A stretch of 64,000 bases of DNA from Octopus vulgaris (taxonomy: Eukaryota), in the NCBI GenBank assembly GCA_951406725.2, contig OX597823.1, positions 55,614,001 through 55,678,000 on the forward strand. The letters run 5' to 3'. The notes below the pieces were generated by a model. That model searched no databases and was not told the origin of the DNA. It was given only the letters and a program-made list of their open reading frames with translations. The position numbers and the translations under genes were made by a program. The first letter of the stretch is position 1; every line of letters starts with the position of its first letter. This document shows positions 55,568 to 64,000 of the stretch, one piece after another.

Positions 55568-56041
55568 CATTGTATATATAGGAGTGCATTACTCAATGTG
55601 TTCTTCGTTTTTAAAGACGCTAGAGCAACGGTCCCCATTGGGTGACGATGACGGATCTGTTCTGAAAAATGGTGCCTCATGGTATGACATTGGTCATACA
55701 CCTATAGTTGGCTGTGATAATGTAGCCGCGAAAACAAAGTCAATAGTGTTCTTGCCGGACGCACATGTATTGCTTGTGATATCGGTGTGACTGTGTTGGA
55801 AAATGAACCTATAGCAATGAAGCCGATCCAGGGATCCTCTTGTTGGCAATGAACCCGGGCCACTGAAAATGATGGTGGTTAGGTTATAAGAATGATGCAG
55901 GTGTGATGAAGGTAGAAACTATCATTATTTATCGCTGCTGCTGCTGCTACTACTGCTGCTACTTCTGCTGCTGCTGCTACTACTACTACTGCTGCTGCTG
56001 CTACTACTACTACTACAACTGCTGCTGCTGCTACTACTACT

Positions 56042-56078
<37 letters not shown>

Positions 56079-56296
56079 ATGATCATGAGGATAATGACAG
56101 AACTGTGTTGAAGACATAGCCTATAGTTGTAACACTTGTACATCTGCTGTTAATGATAATCACGTAAATGTGCTGAAAATGGTGCCATATCTATCATTTG
56201 TTGTTGTTGTTGCTTGTATTGGTGGCGTTGCTTGTATTGGTGGCGTTGGTGCATATGATGGTGTTGATGATGATGATGATGTTGTTGTTGTTTTTG

Positions 56297-56328
<32 letters not shown>

Positions 56329-56671
56329 GGTGGTGATGATGATGATGATATGGAGGGCGAGGTTGGGAGGATAGTGGTGTTAGCAGTGATGCTGCTGCTC
56401 CTGCTGCTGATAAGGAGGAGAAGGAAGAGGAAGAGGAGGATAGTAGTGTTAGCAGAGATGCTGTTGCTGCTGCTGTTGATGATGATGATGTGATGACGGT
56501 ATTAAAATATGTTGAGAAGGCTAAAAGAAGACATCAAATAAAGAATGAAATATCGAAAACTGAGTGAAAATGGATTGGTGGACGATATAAAATATTGTCT
56601 TATTGCAATTTGACACATAGTCTGATATTGACAGAACTAGCGTTTCAGTATATGTGTGCGTGCATGCGTGC

Positions 56672-56707
<36 letters not shown>

Positions 56708-57891
56708 ATGTGTGTGTGTATGTGTTTGGACATTTGGATGTGTGCGTGAGAAAGAGAGGAGAAAAAGAAAGAGAGAGAAAGTGAAAGTAGGGAAACCAAC
56801 ATCAAACATTCGACTTGGTAAATGTAGCAATCGACAAATTATCTTTTGGTTCGTTTTTCAAATGCTCTATGAAAGATGTGGATAAAAATTGCCCATAACA
56901 ATCATGTGTGTTTCATGAATTTTTGCTTTGTGCAGAATTTCCTCAATGCATTATGAACTCAAACATGGCCAATTGATAGAACATCGAATAATGCAACGCT
57001 CTACCGCGGTTGATTTAGCCTTTTATCTTTTTAGTATGGATAAAAGTAAAATGTAGCAATCAAATACTGAGATTTGTGCATCGACAACACATGTCCCCTT
57101 CAACATATATATAGTATTGAGCCATTTTAATCCAGATAAAATCATAGCTACGGTTTCTAACGTTTTATACTCAGTTATTAAAGGGGGTAGCGTCTATTTC
57201 TGTATCCTTAAACGTGGTTAATTTTGAGATAATAGGGAACCTCTACTTGGTCATTATTTGATTTACTTAAATTAACAGCTAAAACTTACATATATCAGAT
57301 ATTACCGTCATGAAAAAGTGGAGACATGTTAGGTAATATAGTATTAGTTATCCCTGAAAAGACTGGCTGGGCACGAGTGGAACGTCATGGATGAGAGGTC
57401 AGCTTGTTTGGAGCCGCACTAGGGCTAAAACAACAACGAGAACAACAGCGATAATAACAACAACAATTTTGATCACAATGATTACAACTTTCACTGGTAT
57501 CTTTCATTCTTTCAAGTATTTAAAGCCAAAACGTTGTTATTCTTTTAGATTCTTATAATGTTTCTTCTGCACATATTTTCACATTGAGATAGGTCACACA
57601 AACAACACCTGTCAACATATTGGTGGTCATTTCAAAGGTTGAATACAAATTTTATGGAATAGTTCGCTCTGATATGTGCTGTTCAAAATCTCAACACAAT
57701 TTATTTTCCTTATTCTTCATAAAACCAATCTACATTTTATGCCCACTGAATATTTTTGAATTAATCGTCCTTGTTTTGCCCAAAATTCTATCAGTGGTAT
57801 CATTAATTAATCATCACGTCTTTCTATTTAATAATAAGTATTTTACATCCAGATAGCAAAACATGGTTTCTGCATATGCTTCATATTATTC

Positions 57892-58104
57892 TTTTCTAAT
57901 ATAGGAACAAGGCCCGAAATTTTAGAGAAAGGGGCTAGTCGATTAGATCGACCCCAGGACGCAACCAGTACATAATTTATCGACCCCGAAAGGATGAAAG
58001 GCAAAGTCGGATTCGGCGGAATTTGAACTCAGAACATAAAGACAGACGAAATACCGCTAAGAATTTCGCTCGGCGTGCTAACGTTTCTGGCAGCTCGCCG
58101 CCTT
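57892..58104 (-). mobile_element. SINE family A, tail type 2
   Basis: Homology; degenerate TSD ..ttc(a/g)tattatt. Confidence 0.88.
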
Positions 58105-58826
58105 ACCTGATTCGTATTATTTTCACACAATTAAATATTTTCGCTTTCTCACATTCTGCCATTTATTCCTGCATGTTACTGATAGAACAAGTTGGTTAGT
58201 ACACGGTTTACAGCCGTAAAAGAAGTGAAAGTAAATTGTTCTAAAAAATGTGAAAATAAATTGCGATAGAAACCAGAAGAGGTGACAGTCACATCCTAAA
58301 ATTTCATAAAAGCAACAAAAAGAACTCCCGCAATATGCCACGGCCACTGTCACATACCTGCGGGTATAGTGCTTTCTAGTCACTTGGAGGTACTATAGAC
58401 GCAGGTATATCACTAGAATCTAGCGATATGTTAAGTATTTCAGAAGTAGTAACTGAAAAACACCGTTTTAGTGTACTATACCCAACAAGCAGCAAATTTC
58501 ACAGAGAAGCATGGTTGTTTTGACCTTATATAAAATATATGTATGGTTTTCATGTTATATTAAATATATATATATGTTCTATGTTTAATATAACATGAAA
58601 ACAGTACTGTGGAGTACTCAGCCACTTGCACGTTGATTTCGCGAGAAGGCTGCTCTGTTGATCGGTTCGACTAGAATGCCGCTCGTCGTCGTAAATGACG
58701 GAGTCCCAGTTGTACGTTCTATGCATCGGTTACGTCACACACACTGTTTACACGAAATCATGGGCTGTCACTGTCGACACTTCCGGTTCCTACTGCAATT
58801 TACTTTTCATTATTTTTAGAACAATT

Positions 58827-59027
58827 AAAGCAGCGAGTTGTCAGAATGGTTAGCACGCCGGACAAGATGCCTAGCAGCATTTCGTCCGGCTTCACGTTCC
58901 GAGTTCGACTTTGCTTTTCATCCTTTGGGGGTCCATAAAATATGTGCTAGTCGGATACTGGGGTCTATGCAATCGACTAGTCCCCCTCCTTCCTAATTTT
59001 CAGGCATTCTGCCTATAATAGAAAGGA
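58827..59027 (+). mobile_element. SINE family A, tail type 2, internal deletion
   Basis: 17-bp TSD ttatttttagaacaatt at 58810-58826 and 59028-59044. Confidence 0.9.
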
Positions 59028-59787
59028 TTATTTTTAGAACAATTTACTTTCACGAACAGCATGTTATCCACCATATTCACTTCGTATTTAAGTTACTGCT
59101 TAACTATCCATCGCATTATTTTAAGCGTAGCCTATGCATACATCTCACTATGTATAGTTTAATCTATACACAACTACTTCTGGCCGTTATATATTTATTT
59201 ATATTTATTTTTTATTTATTTATTTTTTTTTTTTTTTATTTTTTTTTTTGCAATTGCTCCCCGTTACCGACATTCCATCCAACCAATATATCAAACCACC
59301 ACAAAATTAGATGTTTGCTCTCGTGATTGATTGCTTGAATGTCCGCTATGGTATCTCAGAATCTGCTGAAGTTTGTTGGAGAGTCTAATATTTTATTAAT
59401 GCGTACAAAGCAATTTATAAACAAACAAAAACAAAAAAATGTCGCTTTCTTTTTGCCTTGTGTTTCGAAAATTTGCGTTTCTTTTAAAAAATTTTTTTTT
59501 AATTTCAATATTAATTAGCGGGTTAAGTCTATACAACATATAATGTGCTGGGTAGAATGTTAGTTATTTGAAGACGAAATTAGTTTCACGAAAAATCAAG
59601 TGAAGAAGAAATATATTTTTAAACACAATAATTACATATAAACTCAATAAATTAAAAATATTGGTGGCTGTGATAGTTAGTGTTGCGAAATATATTAAAA
59701 TACTGACCACACACGCAGATATATAATCACACAGTTTCTTATAGATATAGCTGAGTGTAATAGCGTAAAATATATTCAAATACTGAC

Positions 59788-59843
<56 letters not shown>

Positions 59844-59961
59844 TGTTATATTTCGGAATGGTCATTTTGCCAGTTTAGCCAATAAAAACACATGCACTAT
59901 ATATTTGGTGTTATTTTGCTTCATTGTTATTTATTTTTTACATTAATCTTAATCTTATTTC

Positions 59962-60006
59962 GGCCAGAGTTCTTTCGTCACACTCCTGTGACCGCATCAG
60001 TGGTCC
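59962..60006 (-). ncRNA. Minimal hammerhead-like motif (variant core)
   Basis: Minus strand: GGACCA-CUGAUG-cg-GUCAC-aggagu-GUGAC-GAAA-gaac-UC-UGGCC; lies in a ~215-bp block bounded by (TA)n. Confidence 0.5.
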
Positions 60007-60073
60007 TTTGTTTTCTTCTTTCTTATTTGTGTCTCTCCTTACTAACCGTCAGCCATATATATATCAAATACTA

Positions 60074-60953
60074 TCATATTTTCGACAATATAATGCGCAC
60101 GGGCATATAAAGGTACACCCCAATTTTGGCAGGCTTAATATGTAGCTAACCCCGGATATCCAAGCTCAGAGGTCGGGGAACTTTTTTTAACCAATTACCT
60201 CAAGATATATTCATTTACGCCAACGTTACACCCTTAATTTGAAAGGAAGAAAATCATACATTCTTTGGATTCAAAAGGTTTATTGAATCTGTTTATATTA
60301 ATCTATTTACACGTCCATTTCATCGGACAGGTGCAATGTTGCCAGAAGAAAAAATTCTGCCGTAACAAGGAACACGATTTTATATAATTTTGCTTATGTC
60401 TAATGAGTCCTCTTTACCCACAAGAAGTTCATTTTTACACTGTTTGGGGTAATTTACACCCGTTCGCTGGCCCCTGCCCTAGCTGAACGTCTCACACATT
60501 TTTGTGTGTAGGAACCATGAAAATTTAGACTGACACCCTTTGATAGGGTATAATGGTAGGCTAAGTAACAACACTTACCTCAACACTACTAAATATCACC
60601 ACAAACCTCCACCGTACCCAACATTGGTTTCAAATTTTGGCACAAGGCCAGCAATTTTGGTGATGGCATAAGTCGAATACATCGACTCCAGTGTTTCACT
60701 GGTACTTATTCAATCGACCTCGGCGGAATTTTAAATTAGATCGTAAAGACGGACGAAATGTCGCTAAGCATTTGCCCAGCATGCTAACGATTCTCACAGC
60801 TAGCCGCAATTCCCGTCACCAATATCGGTCCATCATTAATAAAACTAACCATGTCTACCCAAAACCGAACCCCCAGCATATAAGGTGCAGGGGTGACTAT
60901 TGGGGGCAACTTTTTGGGAAGAAAAAGTGCACCTTATATGTCGGAAAATAAGG
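60074..60953. mobile_element. Tc2/pogo-type non-autonomous DNA transposon with nested SINE A (~60626-60806)
   Basis: Degenerate TIRs ta|tcatattttcgacaatataatgcgcac / gtgcaccttatatgtcggaaaataagg; subterminal gcatataa(a)ggt(a/g)ca repeats. Confidence 0.6.
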
Positions 60954-60975
60954 AAATAAAGAAATAAGTATCTCA

Positions 60976-61009
<34 letters not shown>

Positions 61010-61408
61010 TTTGCAGGCCGAACCACATGACATGCATAGGTACATGGCACAGCAACACTATTAATTTCAGATATTGTTCGCTATAATAGTAATATATACT
61101 CCAGACTACCTATGTATAGAAATATTTCCTTTTGTTTTCATTTGCTAATGTTTGGATAATACTGACTGTAATATTTCTTTTGCTAATATAATGGAATCAT
61201 GTGTGGTGTCTGCTATGAAAATAGGCTCTCTAGTCTACTTCACAAATGTCTTGTTTTTTTCTTATTTTATAAGCATTACTTATACATACTTTTATACATT
61301 ACTTTTGCATTTCTTTCACATTTCTCCATCACCAAATTACATTTGCACGGTATTTTCTGCTTCTCTAACCTGGCACCTCATTTCTATATACACTTTATCT
61401 TTTCTAAC

Positions 61409-61450
<42 letters not shown>

Positions 61451-61739
61451 TAATAATAATGTATCACTTCAGTCCTTATAAACATACGCACAAACACGCG
61501 CATGGTATACCTACATACAGATATAGGCACACAATATCTGTAAAATAAATAACCGTGGTTGATATAATCGACTAAACACTTGAAGGGTCGTCCCAGCAAT
61601 GGCTGCAATAACTCGGAAACGATTGGTTAACTCCTACTACATTGCCAACCATTCCTCCCACCAACGCTCACACCCACCACTTTATCGACGATATTTCATG
61701 CTAAGTAACTCACACCACTCGCTCACCCGCCCTCACCCA

Positions 61740-61782
<43 letters not shown>

Positions 61783-61996
61783 GTGTGTTTCGCAATCTAC
61801 ACCTCATTCACTGCGATTGCTTTCACATTTATTTCCTGTCTTCACCTTTTTAACCTTCTTCTTCGCTTTTAATGGTCATTACATAAGAGTGATATGAAGC
61901 TAAAGAAAACAGCTACCCACTGCTAAAGAAACAGTCGCGTAGCTAATAGACTCACAAGCAGAGACGACAGAAAGATAAGGCCAAAAAAAAAAAATA

Positions 61997-62067
<71 letters not shown>

Positions 62068-62357
62068 GGTACATAAAGAGGAAAATTCTATGTGATCGCT
62101 TGACATGCTGGAAATATCGGTTGATTCTTCAAGAAGGAAGAACACATTGAATGATGTACCCTGAATATACTGTAAAATGAAAAAAAAAGAAGCGATGGTC
62201 GCGGCTGTTATAGGTTTCACCATTTTCTGTCGCCGACTGAAGCTAAATAACATTCGAAATTACAAAGAAATTGAACGGTCTCTCGCTCTCTCCCCCTCTC
62301 TCTCTTTCCGTTCATCTCTCCCTCCCTCTCTCCACCTCTCTGTCGCCCTCTTTCTAT

Positions 62358-62398
<41 letters not shown>

Positions 62399-62513
62399 AG
62401 TCTGTTTGTCTATCTATATTAATGTTTTCATGTTGAATTGTAAATAAAAGCAATTTACCATTAACCTAAAGAATCACTCAATACATTTTTGTAGAGAATC
62501 CTTGACCACTAGA

Positions 62514-62585
62514 CCACATGGTCTAGTGGTCAAGGATTCTTGGCTTTCACCGAAACGACTAGGGTTCGATTCTCAACATGGGGGA
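62514..62585 (+). pseudogene. tRNA-Glu(TTC)-like pseudogene
   Basis: ccacatggtctagtggtcaaggattcttggct-TTC-accgaaacgactagggttcgattctcaacatggggga follows the metazoan tRNA-Glu pattern; stems are mismatched. Confidence 0.7.
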
Positions 62586-62754
62586 CGTCCTTAAATTTGT
62601 ATCATAATTCTACAAGAAGAGCTGAGACATTGATTTCGAAGTTTCGGTATGTTAGCCTTTGTCGGACAGGCCGAAACATCGAAGTGACCCCTCTTCTTAT
62701 AAAAGTACAATAAAAATCTATCTATCTATGGTTCTCTCTCTTTCTCTCGTCTCT

Positions 62755-62809
<55 letters not shown>

Positions 62810-62831
62810 GCCGGTCTCTCCTATTCTTTAA

Positions 62832-63044
62832 CCCTTTAGTTTTCAGATTATTTTGTCAAATGTAATATCTATTTATCCACATTATTTTGAATTAATCATG
62901 CATCATCTTGCAGCTTTGAGATTTCCATGATGTGATTGTTTATTTTTAGAAGGACACGGCATCTGAGAGGTTGCATCTGACTGGTTTGAACAAAAAACAG
63001 GTAGAACATTGAGGCCGGATATGGCCGGTTGGAATGCTAAAGGG
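62832..63044. mobile_element. piggyBac-type MITE
   Basis: TTAA|ccctttag ... ctaaaggg|TTAA. Confidence 0.8.
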
Positions 63045-63522
63045 TTAACTGTTTACATAGCTGTGTGCGCTCGTTTATGTCCATGTTTTGGTAAATACGT
63101 GATTGTATTAACATGAAGAAGCCAAGTAAGGAAGATTAATGTCAGACGGTAAGCTATAAGCATGTGACTTTGTGGTGGCGGAAAAACATTGATTGGTTGA
63201 CAATTACTAACTCTGAGTATGGATAGTCATATACTTCAATATTTGAATAGCTACAGAAATGGCCTGGCTCTCCGTCGATTGCGACGTGACATTAACGCCC
63301 AAGTGGCTGAGCACTTCACAGACACGCGTACCATTAACGAAATTCTCAAGGAAATCCAGCTGGTCCTTTGAATAGCGGGTACAATACAATTTCTGCCACA
63401 TAAGTGAACTGGAGCAATGAGAAACAAAGTGGAACGCAGTGTTTTAGTTTTTATCTGAATTAAAAAAGAAACATGTATAGATGTTCACAAGCGTAAATGT
63501 GTTGACTTGCATATATATATTG

Positions 63523-63748
63523 CTTTATTGCCCAGAAGGGGCTAAACATAGAGGGGACAAACAAGGACAGACATTGGTATTAAGTCGTTATATCGACCCC
63601 AGTGCGTAACTGGTACTTAATTTATCGACCCCGAAAGGATGAAAGGCAAAGTCGACCTCGGCAGAATTTGAACTCACAACGTAACGACAGACGAAATACC
63701 GCTAAGCATTTTGCCCGGCGTGCTAACGTTTCTGCCAGCTCGGCGCCC
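63523..63748 (-). mobile_element. SINE family A, tail type 1
   Basis: Near-consensus head, core and tail. Confidence 0.9.
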
Positions 63749-63859
63749 TAAATATATATGTGTGTGTGTGTGTGTAGGCCTGCATAACACACCCACACAT
63801 ACATACATATACAGGTGTGTGTGTATGTATCTGTGTGTTTGTGTGCCTTTGGATGTGTA

Positions 63860-63898
<39 letters not shown>

Positions 63899-64000
63899 AA
63901 CCAAAACAATATGTAGTTTAAAATGTTACTACACGTGTTTCAATAGCGTAGTTTTATTCAAATTCGAGTCCAATTCATAATTTATCATGTAACATTGCGA

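Noticed and set aside
58729-58790. CRE-like TTACGTCA plus ETS-like ACTTCCGG as a promoter
   Set aside because: Short motifs are expected by chance in 64 kb; no linked exon or TSS evidence.

Overview
AT-rich eukaryotic (animal) genomic DNA, non-coding and saturated with repeats. The SINE families and microsatellite density resemble octopus/cephalopod DNA; this is an inference from recall, not a database result. I recognise no host protein-coding exon, and most ORFs in the track are microsatellite artefacts. Supportable content: (i) a young 5'-truncated CR1-group LINE (12128-13784); (ii) a Dong/R4-like restriction-like-endonuclease (RLE) LINE inside a (TAA)n tract, together with two copies of an unexplained ~555-bp non-coding element and a second 3'-end stub (29650-32780); (iii) a second RLE LINE family bounded by (ACAT)n, plus decayed RTE, CR1 and RLE-RT remnants; (iv) two maT (DD37D) Tc1/mariner relics and Tc1-, hAT-, Tc2/pogo- and piggyBac-type MITEs; (v) over 25 copies of three tRNA-derived SINE families, including a dimeric form and a locus apparently hit repeatedly at one target; (vi) Penelope-type hammerhead ribozyme motifs, one nearly canonical (27808-27858, minus strand); (vii) several fold-back structures and a tRNA-Glu pseudogene with a palindromic 5' duplication. 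Boundaries were read by eye and are approximate unless TSDs/TIRs are cited.
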